NCBI GenBank assembly: GCA_963706005.1
Contig: CAVPLL010000010.1
Coordinates: 251,670-315,669, forward strand
Length of the DNA stretch: 64,000 bases
Direction: 5' to 3'
From: an uncultured Actinomycetes bacterium
GTDB taxonomy: Bacteria; Actinomycetota; UBA4738; HRBIN12
Shown here: one piece after another, positions 17,505 to 26,268 of the stretch
Layout of the letters: every line of letters begins with the position of its first letter
Position numbering within the stretch: the first letter of the stretch is position 1
Position numbers and translations under genes: made by a program
The notes under the pieces: generated by a model
What the model saw: only the letters and a program-made list of their open reading frames with translations
Database searches by the model: none
Told to the model about the DNA's origin: nothing

Positions 17505-17680
17505 CGGCGCGGCTTGAACTCGTCGCAGGTGTCGTCCTTGTGGATCACGCCGCGGACATACCGGCAGCCACCGACCGACAGGCGAGGGAACATGAACTTG
17601 CACTCGCCGCACGCGAACTTCACGTTCTCGGCCTTGCGGTAGTTAGCCTGCTCCTTCGAGAGCCCCTGGACGCCTGGCAC
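17495..17680 (-). CDS. Small (61 aa) Cys-rich zinc-ribbon-like protein
   Basis: CGEC...C...C pattern, high GC3, GTG start with a G-rich SD. Its 3' end overlaps the convergent GNAT gene by 10 nt. Confidence 0.5.
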   Translation of the reverse strand: MPGVQGLSKEQANYRKAENVKFACGECKFMFPRLSVGGCRYVRGVIHKDDTCDEFKPRRQS

Positions 17681-17787
17681 GCGGTCCCCCCTTCAGTCGC
17701 GGTCGACGGCACGCTGGAGCTGCGCCTCGGTCATCCTAGAGCGTCCCTGCACGTGCTGGTCCTTCGCCTCCTGCCCCCGGGGCTCGG

Positions 17788-18105
17788 TCAGTCCTTCGCG
17801 ATCACCAGGCGATCGCGGGTGACCTCGACGACGCGCATCTGCCGCCCGATCCGATCCTCGGCCGCCGCCGAGACCACGACGGTGTCGGCGTCGGTGAGGG
17901 TCCACGTCCCGGTGACCTGCTCGGGGCGGTCGGTGGGACCGATCGCGGTCTCGACGTAGCCGCCGTCGGGTCGCAGCTCGAACCCCATCCGCCCGCGCGA
18001 GGGCGGGAACGCGAAGTCGTCCGGCCGGAAGACCCTCGTGTCGGCCGTGTCCTCCTCGTGAGAATGGATCCAGCGTCGCTCGAGCGCCGCTCGTTCGACC
18101 GTCAT
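17788..18105 (-). CDS. Hypothetical protein (105 aa)
   Basis: Balanced composition and high GC3. ATG preceded by TAGGCT-N7. Confidence 0.55.
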   Translation of the reverse strand: MTVERAALERRWIHSHEEDTADTRVFRPDDFAFPPSRGRMGFELRPDGGYVETAIGPTDRPEQVTGTWTLTDADTVVVSAAAEDRIGRQMRVVEVTRDRLVIAKD

Positions 18106-18112
18106 CGAAGCG

Positions 18113-18118
18113 AGCCTA
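18113..18118 (-). promoter_or_regulatory. Putative -10 box TAGGCT, 7 nt upstream of ATG 18105 (leaderless-type)
   Basis: TAnnnT geometry with no SD. Confidence 0.35.
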
Positions 18119-18169
18119 CCCCTGGCTCCGTGGCCACCGCTCGCGCCGTTCCCAGCGCTCGGGTACCGC

Positions 18170-19081
18170 TCACCGCCCGATCTTCGCGCGCGGACCCGCG
18201 AGCGTCGCGTTCATCCGCGTGATCTGCCCCGGCGTGAACATGAACATCGCGGCGTCGTCGACGTAGTCCATGTAGTTCATGAACATGTCGCCGTTGGGGC
18301 CGTTGTCGCAGCTCACGTGCGGGAACGTGGGCGCGCCGTAGTTCGGCAGCTGGGCGTTCGGCGTGTCCGAGACGTGGTCGGTGCCGCTGCAGTCGTTCTC
18401 GTCGCCCCAGATGTGGCGCAGGTTCAGCCAGTGGCCGATCTCGTGTGTGGCGGTCCGGCCCAGGTCGAACGGGGCCGTGGCGGTCCCCGAGGTGCCGAAC
18501 GCCGAGTGCAGGATCACCACGCCGTCGGTCTTCGACGGGCCGCCGGGGAACTGCGCGTAGCCGAGCAGCCCGCCGCCGAGGTTGCAGACCCACAGGTTCA
18601 GGTACCGGCCGGCCGGCCAGCCCGGCGTGCCGCCGCCGGCCTTGGTCTTGACCGAGTCGTCCGCGCCGAACGACGACCGGGTGGTCGCGGTCCGCGTGAT
18701 GCCGGTGGTGGCCTTCCCGCTCGGATCCTTGGTCGCCAGCGCGAACTGGACCTTGGCGTCGGCCACGAGGCCGGTCCACACGGCGGGGGCGTTCGTCGCA
18801 TCGGTGTTCGCCGCGCGGAAGTCCTCGTTCAAGACGGTGACCTGGCTCTTCACCTGCGTGTCGGAGATGTTCTCCTCGGCCTTCTCGTACACGACGTGGA
18901 CCACGACCGGGATGGTGATCAATTGACGGGCGACGCGCGAGGCGAGGCCGGTCGTGATGCTGCGCGCGGTGAACGCCTCGATGCGGTTCTGGTTGGTGCG
19001 GAACGAGGAGTAGAGCTCGGACAGCCGCTCGTGGGCCTCCATCGAACCGCACTGACGTCTCCTCGGTCTGGTCGGGCTCAT
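18170..19081 (-). CDS. Zinc metalloprotease, M43 (pappalysin/cytophagalysin-like)
   Basis: HEIGHWLNLRHIWGD zinc motif with downstream NYMDY Met-turn region. GAGGAGGAG SD before ATG 19081. Confidence 0.85.
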   Translation of the reverse strand: MSPTRPRRRQCGSMEAHERLSELYSSFRTNQNRIEAFTARSITTGLASRVARQLITIPVVVHVVYEKAEENISDTQVKSQVTVLNEDFRAANTDATNAPAVWTGLVADAKVQFALATKDPSGKATTGITRTATTRSSFGADDSVKTKAGGGTPGWPAGRYLNLWVCNLGGGLLGYAQFPGGPSKTDGVVILHSAFGTSGTATAPFDLGRTATHEIGHWLNLRHIWGDENDCSGTDHVSDTPNAQLPNYGAPTFPHVSCDNGPNGDMFMNYMDYVDDAAMFMFTPGQITRMNATLAGPRAKIGR

Positions 19082-19113
19082 CGCTCCTCCTCGCGCTCGG
19101 TGGTCTGGGCGTG

Positions 19114-19137
19114 GGTCGTGGGGTCGTGGGGTCGTGG
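19114..19137. repeat. 8-bp tandem repeat GGTCGTGG x3 (plus a degenerate flanking copy)
   Basis: Read directly in the divergent intergenic region 19082..19299. Confidence 0.8.
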
Positions 19138-19287
19138 GTCAGTCAAGGATCCGTGGGACGTGCGGGTCAATGCGCCGTTCCACCTACGGACGGTGCGGGG
19201 TGGAAGGTGGTGGGCGGAGGAGCCGATCGTGACCGGGGTCCGGCCGGGGAGTGACGGGCCACCTCAGCCCCCGCGGCCACCGACCGA

Positions 19288-19293
19288 TATCGT
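19288..19293 (+). promoter_or_regulatory. Putative -10 box TATCGT, 6 nt upstream of ATG 19300 (leaderless-type)
   Basis: Embedded in ACCGATATCGTT. No SD. Confidence 0.4.
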
Positions 19294-19299
19294 TGCCGC

Positions 19300-22200
19300 A
19301 TGCCCCAGCTCTGTCCCGGGTGCTCCACCTCGAACCCCGACGAGGCTCGTTTCTGCCTGAACTGCGGCACGCGCCTGGACGTAGCCGCGGGCGTCGATGA
19401 GGAGACCCACCTCGAGCCCTACCTCCCGAAGGCCATGCGGTCCAAGCTCGAGGCGGCGCGCATCGGCCGGGCGATGGAGGGCGAGCGCCGGGTCGTCACG
19501 ATGCTGTTCTGCGACGTCAAGGGCTCGACGGCCATGGCCGAGCGCCTGGACCCCGAGGAGTGGGCCGAGATCATGAACGGCGCGTTCGAGCACCTGATCG
19601 CGCCGATCTACCGGTACGAGGGAACGCTCGCCCGGCTGATGGGCGACGCGATCTTCGCCTTCTTCGGGGCGCCGATCGCCCACGAGGACGACCCGCAACG
19701 CGCGGTCTCGGCGGGCCTCGACATCGTCGACGCGATCCGCGTCTACCGCGAGGAGCTCGAGGCGGACCGCGGTCTGGACCTGAACGTACGCGTCGGCATC
19801 AACACCGGACCGGTCGTGGTCGGTCAGGTCGGGTCGGACCTCCGCCTGGAGTACACGGCGATGGGTGACGCGGTGAACGTCGCGGCCCGGATGGAACAGA
19901 CCGCCGAGCCGGGCACGGTCCAGATCACCTCGGAGACGTACCGGCAGGTCGCCCCGTTCTTCGAGACCGAGTCCCGCGGCGGGGTCGAGGTCAAGGGCAA
20001 GGCCGAACCCGTGCTCGCGTACCGCGTGCTCCGGCGCTCGCTGCGGCCCCCGAGCGTGCGGGGCACGCTCGCCACACCGCTCGTCGGCCGCGAGCGCGAG
20101 ATGGAGATCCTCGAGCGCACCATCGAGCAGACCCTGGAGGGGCAGGGGCGGGTCGTCTCGCTGATCGCGGAGGCGGGTCTGGGCAAGAGCCGTCTGATCG
20201 AGGAGACGCGCAGGGTGTGGACCGAGCGTCGACCGCAGGACGCCCGGCTGTACGGCGGCAACGCGATCCACCGGATCTGGGAGACCTGGCAGTGCGTCTC
20301 CTACGACACGACCCGCCCGTACGCGCAGTACCGGCGCATGCTCGCCCGGATCGCGGGGATCGGCGACACCGATCCGCCGGACGTCGTCCGCGACAAGCTC
20401 GCCGCGACGATCGAACCCGACGCGCCCGAATGGCTCGACCGCCACATGCGCGTGTGGCGGTCGCTGTTCGGGGTGCAGGAGGCCGACGAGGAGCCGCTCG
20501 AGGGCGAGGCGTTCAAGGACGCGATCATGGAGCTCGTCCCCGAATCGACGCGGTACTTCGGCTCCCTCGATCCCCGGCTGCTGGTGTTCGAGGACCTGCA
20601 CTGGTGCGACGACGCGTCGATGGATGTGCTGATCGAGACCGTGAAGACCGTCGACGAGCTGCCGTGCCTGTTCCTGTTCGCGTTCCGTCCCGACCAGCAG
20701 GCGCCCTCGCGGCGCCTCAGGCGTTGGCTCGAGGCCGAGCTCCCCGACCGGTCGACCGAGATCGAGTTGTCGCCGCTGTCCGAGCGGGATAGCGGCGCCC
20801 TGATCGACGCGTTGCTGCCGGACACCGACGGGGCCGACGACCTGCGGGCGCGGATCCTCGAGCGCACCGAGGGCAACCCGCTGTTCGTGGAGGAGGTTGC
20901 GGCGTCCGTGCTGCAGCAGGGGGCCGAACGTGGCGGCGCGGTGGCGATCCCCACCACGCTGCAGGCCCTGATCACCGCCCGGCTCGACTCGCTGGACGAG
21001 GGATCACGGCGGACGCTGCAGCTCGCCTCGGTGATCGGGCGCACGTTCCCCGAACCGGTGCTGCGCGCGGTGTCCGGCGACGGCGACCAGCTCGCCGAAC
21101 GGCTCGACACGTTGCAGCGGGCGGGGCTGATCAGCCGGACCGAGGACCCGCCGTCGCCCGAGCCCGAGTACGGGTTCCACCACAGCCTCACCCAGGAGGC
21201 GACCTACTCGACGATCCTGCTCCGCGTTCGACGGGAGCTGCATCGCCGGGTCGGAGAGGTCTTCGAGGAGCTGTATGCGAACCGGATCGAGGAGTTCGCA
21301 CCGCTGCTCGTCCGACATTTCGAGGAGGCGGGCGATGACGAGCGGACGCTCCGGTACGCGACCGTCGCCGGCGACAACGCCGCCCGGCTGCACGCGAACC
21401 CCGAGGCCGTCACCCACTTCACGACCGCGATCGAGGCCGCGGCCCGTCTCGGGCAGACCGAGCCACCGCTCCACCACCTGTACCCCACCCGCGGCCGGGC
21501 CCTCGAGCTCTCGGGACGCTTCGACGAGGCGGTTGCGAACTACGAGGGGATGGAGCTGCTGGCTGAGGGCTCCGGCGACCGGGACGCCGTGCTCGCGGCC
21601 GAGATGGCCCTCACCACGTTGCACGCGACGCCGACGCCGAAGTTCGACGCGGAACGGGGACGCGCGCTTTCGGAGCAGACCCTCGCGCTGGCCCGTCAGC
21701 TCGGCGATCGAGGCGCCGAGTCCAAGGCCCTGTGGAACCTGATGATCCTGAACGTGTTCGGCGGCGGCGATCTCCACGAGGCGCTGGACGCGGGTGAACG
21801 CTCACTCGCGATCGCGCGTGAACTGAACGCGCGCGAGCAGATGGCCTTCACGCTGAACGACCTGTGGCGTCCCTACGCGGCGGTCGGCGACCTCGCATCG
21901 TCCCTCGCGAGCCTGCAAGAGGCCACCCCGATCTGGCGGGAGCTCGGCAACCGCCCCATGCTGAGCGAGAACCTCGCGAGCATCGCGTCGCTCCGGCGCA
22001 TCGAGGGGGACGACGCGGAGGCGCTCGCGTTGGCGATGGAGGGGTACCGCATCTCGGAGGAGATCGGCAACCAGTGGGGTCAGGCCTACGGCCTGATGAA
22101 CGCGTACCCGATCTTCTGGGATCGGGGCGAGGTCGGCGAGGCGATCTCGGCGATGCAGGACTGCGTCGGACTCGCCGAGCGATCCGGGTTCGTCCCGCCT

Positions 22201-22866
22201 CAGGCGACGACGCGCGCCGACCTCGCATCCGTCTACGCGAACCTCGGCGACCTCGAGCGCGCGTACGAGCTGATCGACGTCGCGCTCCAGGTCGCGACGG
22301 AGCGGCAGGCGATCGCGCTGCCCCGGGTCATGGGCGCCAAGGCCGAGCTCCATCTGCTCGCAGGCGACCTCGAGCAAGCCGAGGCGACCGCCGCCGCGAC
22401 CGAGGTCAACCTGCTCCCCGAGCCGCTGCGCTACGCCGCGTCGGTGCACATCGCGCTGGTCCGAGGGGATCTCGCGGAGGCTGAGGGCGATCATGCCCGA
22501 GCGATCCAGATCGCGGACGCGATCGTGGAGCGGCTCCGCGGGATCGGCATCCGTTCGTTCGTACCCGAGGCCCTCCTGCTGGCGGGGCGGTCGCTCGCGG
22601 AGGAGGGGCGATCGAAGGAGGCGGAGCGGGCGCTCCGCGAGGCCCGTTCGGAGGCCGAACGCATGGGGCACCGGCGGATCCTCTGGCGGATCCTGTGGGA
22701 GCTGAGCGGCGTTCGCGCGGCCGCGGGCGATGTCGACGAGGCGAGCCGGCTCCGCGGCGACGCCGCGCGGGTCGTGTCGGAGATGGCGGCGACGATCGAC
22801 GACGAGCGTCTCCGGTCGACGTTCCTCGCGCGTCCCGACGTGAAGGGGCTGCTGTCCGAGGAGTAG
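19300..22866 (+). CDS. Zinc-ribbon / class III adenylate-guanylate cyclase / AAA (STAND-like) ATPase / TPR multidomain regulator, intact
   Basis: CPGCSTSNPDEARFCLNCG. Cyclase motifs VTMLFCDVKGST and GDAIFAFFG. Walker A AEAGLGKSRL. Long TPR-like C-terminus. Uninterrupted 1188-aa ORF. Confidence 0.9.
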   Translation: MPQLCPGCSTSNPDEARFCLNCGTRLDVAAGVDEETHLEPYLPKAMRSKLEAARIGRAMEGERRVVTMLFCDVKGSTAMAERLDPEEWAEIMNGAFEHLIAPIYRYEGTLARLMGDAIFAFFGAPIAHEDDPQRAVSAGLDIVDAIRVYREELEADRGLDLNVRVGINTGPVVVGQVGSDLRLEYTAMGDAVNVAARMEQTAEPGTVQITSETYRQVAPFFETESRGGVEVKGKAEPVLAYRVLRRSLRPPSVRGTLATPLVGREREMEILERTIEQTLEGQGRVVSLIAEAGLGKSRLIEETRRVWTERRPQDARLYGGNAIHRIWETWQCVSYDTTRPYAQYRRMLARIAGIGDTDPPDVVRDKLAATIEPDAPEWLDRHMRVWRSLFGVQEADEEPLEGEAFKDAIMELVPESTRYFGSLDPRLLVFEDLHWCDDASMDVLIETVKTVDELPCLFLFAFRPDQQAPSRRLRRWLEAELPDRSTEIELSPLSERDSGALIDALLPDTDGADDLRARILERTEGNPLFVEEVAASVLQQGAERGGAVAIPTTLQALITARLDSLDEGSRRTLQLASVIGRTFPEPVLRAVSGDGDQLAERLDTLQRAGLISRTEDPPSPEPEYGFHHSLTQEATYSTILLRVRRELHRRVGEVFEELYANRIEEFAPLLVRHFEEAGDDERTLRYATVAGDNAARLHANPEAVTHFTTAIEAAARLGQTEPPLHHLYPTRGRALELSGRFDEAVANYEGMELLAEGSGDRDAVLAAEMALTTLHATPTPKFDAERGRALSEQTLALARQLGDRGAESKALWNLMILNVFGGGDLHEALDAGERSLAIARELNAREQMAFTLNDLWRPYAAVGDLASSLASLQEATPIWRELGNRPMLSENLASIASLRRIEGDDAEALALAMEGYRISEEIGNQWGQAYGLMNAYPIFWDRGEVGEAISAMQDCVGLAERSGFVPPQATTRADLASVYANLGDLERAYELIDVALQVATERQAIALPRVMGAKAELHLLAGDLEQAEATAAATEVNLLPEPLRYAASVHIALVRGDLAEAEGDHARAIQIADAIVERLRGIGIRSFVPEALLLAGRSLAEEGRSKEAERALREARSEAERMGHRRILWRILWELSGVRAAAGDVDEASRLRGDAARVVSEMAATIDDERLRSTFLARPDVKGLLSEE

Positions 22867-22876
22867 GTTCCGGCTG

Positions 22877-23089
22877 CTACGCCGGCAGTGCCAGGATCTC
22901 GGTGCTGGTCAGGTCGCGACTGCCCGGGGACAGCCGGAGCCCGATCATCCCCCGCGGCGCTTCCGCCCAGACACCGTCCTTCAAGATCTCCACGCTGATC
23001 GCGCCCTCGTCGGTCTCGTCGACGCGGAGGGTCTTGCCGAGCTCCGTCCGGAAGAAGTTCGTCATCGCGTCGGGGTCTCGGGGGCGCAT
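22877..23089 (-). CDS. Hypothetical small protein (70 aa), coupled to the upstream ORF
   Basis: ATG 23089 shares a base with the upstream TGA (TGATG). Confidence 0.4.
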   Translation of the reverse strand: MRPRDPDAMTNFFRTELGKTLRVDETDEGAISVEILKDGVWAEAPRGMIGLRLSPGSRDLTSTEILALPA

Positions 23090-23388
23090 CACAGCGCGTC
23101 CCGGGAGACCTGTCCGACGGACGTGACAGCCCACCGGCTCCCCCCGAAGTCGTCCGTCATAGACGTTCCCATGCCCGAAGCCGATGCGAGCGATCGCGCG
23201 ATACCGATCGCTCGCTCCCAACTCGGGTACGTGGCGGTGGTCGTTCCGGCGCTGACCGTGAACCGCTGGCTCCGTCGGCGGGCCGTGACCGGTTGCTGGG
23301 TCTTCGGCGGGGGGTCGAGCGGCGCGGTCGGTCGTACCGCCGTTCTCGGCGGGACCTCGACGCGGACCGGATCCGTGAGGGTGGTCAT
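23089..23388 (-). CDS. Hypothetical small protein (99 aa)
   Basis: ATG 23388 preceded by GAGGAGG (5-nt spacer). No recognisable domain. Confidence 0.45.
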   Translation of the reverse strand: MTTLTDPVRVEVPPRTAVRPTAPLDPPPKTQQPVTARRRSQRFTVSAGTTTATYPSWERAIGIARSLASASGMGTSMTDDFGGSRWAVTSVGQVSRDAL

Positions 23389-23725
23389 CGTGCCTCCTCG
23401 CTCGGAGGGGCAGCTCACGGCCTCGACGTAAACGGTCCCTGTGGGGGTGGTGCGTCACCGACATCATCTCACGTCGGAGAGGTTGCACATCCCATGTACC
23501 GCGCGCCGCATGCGGAACCGGTCGTGTGCATGTGCCAAAGACGTACACTCCACGGAGACGCGACCCCCGTACCTGTCGGGAGAAGAGGACGCACGGAGGT
23601 CGTCTCCACCGATCCGGTCCCATCGCTGGTTCCAGCGAAGGCTTGATACCCCGAGCGTGTTCCGCTCGTGATCTGGCTCAGTTGGCCCCGGTTGATCAGG
23701 GGCACGACGAGCAAAGGAGACACAC

Positions 23726-24031
23726 ATGCAGCACGTTCGCATCGCTACGTACGAGATCAAGAAGGGCTCCTTCCAGGAGCTCGCAGACGTCGCACGGGAC
23801 GGGATGCTCCGCGAGTTCCGTGACCAGCCCGGGTTCATCCGCTACGGCTTGGCCGACGGCGGCGACAGGACCTGCATCTCCCTCAGCCTCTGGGAGACAC
23901 GTGAGAACGCCGACGCGGCGGTCGCCGTGTCAGCGGCGTGGATCCGCAGCAACATCGCCGACAAGGTCGAGCTGCGGACCAACCAGGTCGGCGAGCTCGC
24001 CTTCTACGAGGGTGTTCCCGCCACCGTCTGA
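23726..24031 (+). CDS. ABM-like (dimeric alpha-beta barrel) protein
   Basis: MQHVRIATYEIKKGSFQE...GFIRYGL...SLSLWETRENAD is typical of antibiotic-biosynthesis-monooxygenase-like domains. AAAGGAG SD. Confidence 0.7.
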   Translation: MQHVRIATYEIKKGSFQELADVARDGMLREFRDQPGFIRYGLADGGDRTCISLSLWETRENADAAVAVSAAWIRSNIADKVELRTNQVGELAFYEGVPATV

Positions 24032-24094
24032 TCGACCGTCAGGGGATCAATCAGCCCGCTCGTGCGATCCACGATCGTGGCTGTGAGAGCGAAG

Positions 24095-24118
24095 GGGGAT
24101 CCACTCCGGTGGGTCCCC
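24095..24118 (+). terminator. Candidate hairpin terminator downstream of the ABM gene
   Basis: GGGGATCCAC-tccg-GTGGGTCCCC (9/10 pairing) followed by TCCTCTCGTT. The T-tract is weak. Confidence 0.3.
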
Positions 24119-24182
24119 TCCTCTCGTTGGAGGGGGTAGCCTGGCGCCAGCGCGCTGATGGGAGTGTTTGCGAGGGAGGGTC

Positions 24183-24611
24183 ATGACCTCGACCGAAGGC
24201 ATCATCGTGTTGGTCGGTAGGGTCCTGTTCGCGGTCTTCTTCGTCAGGTCTGCGATCACGCACGTGCGGAAGCATCGGGGGATGGGCGACTACGCCCGGT
24301 CCGCCCGCTTGCCGGCTCCCTCGATCGCCGGCTGGCCCACGGGGGTGTGGCTCCTGGTGGCATCGCTCTCCATCGCGCTCGGCATCTGGCCGGACGTAGG
24401 ATCCCTGATGATCGCGATCTTCGTCGTGCTCGCCGCGCTCTACTTCCATCGTTTCTGGACTCTGGACGACGCCGAGCAACGGCAGACGCAAGCTGGGAGC
24501 TTCTACCGCAACGTCGCCCTGCTCGGGGCCTCGCTCGCGATGTTCGGGTTCTTCGTCGCGGCCGGAGACGGGCTTCGGTTCGCGATCACCGGCCCGTTGT
24601 TGGATCGGTAG
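24183..24611 (+). CDS. DoxX family membrane protein
   Basis: Four TM segments and YFHRFW. GAGGGAGGG SD before ATG 24183. Confidence 0.75.
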   Translation: MTSTEGIIVLVGRVLFAVFFVRSAITHVRKHRGMGDYARSARLPAPSIAGWPTGVWLLVASLSIALGIWPDVGSLMIAIFVVLAALYFHRFWTLDDAEQRQTQAGSFYRNVALLGASLAMFGFFVAAGDGLRFAITGPLLDR

Positions 24612-24633
24612 AACCCCAAGGACGAGGCCGGGA

Positions 24634-25329
24634 TCACTCGTGCTGGGCGGCGTCCGCCTTCGTGCGATGGATCGTGCCCTCGGGGTGCTCCGGCGGCGCG
24701 TACAGGGAGTAGAGCTTCAGTTCGCCGTCCCCCGTGTTGACCACGTTGTGCCACACGCCGGCCGGGACGACGATCGCCCAGTCGCCCTGGACGTCGTAGG
24801 TCTCGTCGACCTCGCCCTCGCTCCGGCCGAACTCGACGCGGCCCGTACCCGACTCGATCCGCAGGAACTGGTCGCGGTCGGCGTGTGCCTCGCGACCGAT
24901 GTCCTCTCCTGGGAGGAGCCGCATGACTGTCAGCTGGACATGGTCGCCGGTGTAGACGACGGTCCGGAACGTGGTGTTCTCGAGCGTCGTCCGTTCGATA
25001 TCTCCGACCCATCCGAGCATCCGAACCTCCTCGTTGTCCGCTTCCCGTGTCGCATCGACGAACGTGATCGTGAAGGGGGGGAGCTCGAGCGCTGTCCATA
25101 CCTCGAGCGCCCGATCGCGCAGCATGCTCTCCGCCGCGGCTCTCGCCGCCATCTCGTTCGTCGCGTCGAGCCCGATCTGGACGAGGATCGTTCCGGACGC
25201 ACCGCGAGTGACGACGGGTTGTAGGTGAGCCTTCATCAGCTCATCGGTCAGCTCGCGGATCCCCTCATCGCTGAGCTCGCCATCATCATCCCGCGCCAAC
25301 TCGAGCCGAACGAGCCACGCCTGAATCAT
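24634..25329 (-). CDS. Cupin-domain protein with an unrecognised ~100-aa N-terminal extension
   Basis: C-terminal cupin: FRTVVYTGDHVQLTVMRLLPGEDIGREAH...DQFLRIESGTG...PAGVWHNVVNTG. N-terminal region MIQAWLVRLELARDDDGELSDEG... is in the same frame. Confidence 0.7.
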   Translation of the reverse strand: MIQAWLVRLELARDDDGELSDEGIRELTDELMKAHLQPVVTRGASGTILVQIGLDATNEMAARAAAESMLRDRALEVWTALELPPFTITFVDATREADNEEVRMLGWVGDIERTTLENTTFRTVVYTGDHVQLTVMRLLPGEDIGREAHADRDQFLRIESGTGRVEFGRSEGEVDETYDVQGDWAIVVPAGVWHNVVNTGDGELKLYSLYAPPEHPEGTIHRTKADAAQHE

Positions 25330-25338
25330 GCGCGGTCG

Positions 25339-25344
25339 AGTCTA
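25339..25344 (-). promoter_or_regulatory. Putative -10 box TAGACT, 9 nt upstream of ATG 25329 (leaderless-type)
   Basis: Same TAGACT-N9-ATG geometry as at 58767. Confidence 0.4.
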
Positions 25345-25367
25345 GACGGTAGACCTGGATCGTCCGT

Positions 25368-25640
25368 TTACCGCGTCGGCGGGTCGAGATCGCTCGGGTG
25401 GTTCCAGTGGGGGAGCACGTCCCCGAACGATGGGGCGTCGGCCAGGGCCAGGTCGCTCGCGGCCTGCGCTCGGCGATGCCAGACGACGGCGGCGATGGAG
25501 ACGAGCGTGACGATGAGCAGACCCATCCAGATGAACGGACCCGACAGCGCGATCGCCGACTGCACCCCTGCGAGTCCGACGACGGCGATGAGCAGGAACG
25601 CGAACACGTTCCCGATGACGCTCTTCGGCCAATGGGACAC
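25368..25640 (-). CDS. Small 2-TM membrane protein (90 aa)
   Basis: GTG start with GAGGAGG SD. Two hydrophobic helices. Confidence 0.5.
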   Translation of the reverse strand: MSHWPKSVIGNVFAFLLIAVVGLAGVQSAIALSGPFIWMGLLIVTLVSIAAVVWHRRAQAASDLALADAPSFGDVLPHWNHPSDLDPPTR

Positions 25641-25930
25641 GGTTGCCTCCTCGGTCTCAGGGAACCGGGAAAGGCAAGGTCGCGAGCGTCCTCGCAGGTG
25701 CGCCCCGTCTTGGGCGGTTCCACCAGTGGTGGAATACCCAGTCTAACATCGCGCTCGGTCGCCTGGGCGGTCGCCGAGGCAACCATTGCTTGTTCGTGGG
25801 GTGAGGCGTACCGTAGGCGGGCGGACCCGAGATCTCGGCCCGCGCGCGCCTGTCTACCGGGCGCATCGGAGCCCAGAGCCACGCTCCCAGGCCGGAGGGT
25901 GATCACGGCCCTCCAGGAAGGGAGCCGCGC

Positions 25931-26254
25931 GTGCGGGTTCCCTCGGACACCTTCTCCGTTCGGGTCGAGTCGTTGAACGGCGTCGCCCGTCTCCTCCTGT
26001 CCGGGCGCTTCGACGTGGCGGCGATCCCCGCGCTCGACGACCTGATCGGGCAGACGCAGCGCCGCGATGTAGTCATGGACCTGCGCCGCATCACCTCGAT
26101 GGACAGCGCCGCCTGGCTCGCGGTGATGGATCTCGAACGCCGGGCGCGTGACTGGGGCAAGGGACTTCGGCTCGTCAACACGCCCGAACCGATCCGGAGG
26201 ATCTTCGAGCTCACCGCGACGGAATACCTGCTCTCCGAGACGGTCGGCGCATGA
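25931..26254 (+). CDS. STAS-domain anti-sigma-factor antagonist-like protein
   Basis: LLLSGRFDVAAIPALDD...VVMDLRRITSMDSAAWLAVM is a SpoIIAA-like pattern. Confidence 0.75.
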   Translation: MRVPSDTFSVRVESLNGVARLLLSGRFDVAAIPALDDLIGQTQRRDVVMDLRRITSMDSAAWLAVMDLERRARDWGKGLRLVNTPEPIRRIFELTATEYLLSETVGA

Positions 26255-26268
26255 GGGAGGGATCGCAT

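Noticed and set aside
17693-17905. 70-aa minus ORF overlapping the 105-aa hypothetical gene
   Set aside because: It is an Arg/Gly-rich translation that overlaps, out of frame, the better-supported ORF 17788..18105.
19082-19299. tRNA, rRNA, riboswitch or other known ncRNA in the longer intergenic regions (19082..19299, 23389..23725, 25641..25930, 33337..33589, 39135..39713)
   Set aside because: I could not recognise any cloverleaf, rRNA signature or known riboswitch core by eye. Only generic hairpins are present, so no RNA gene is called.
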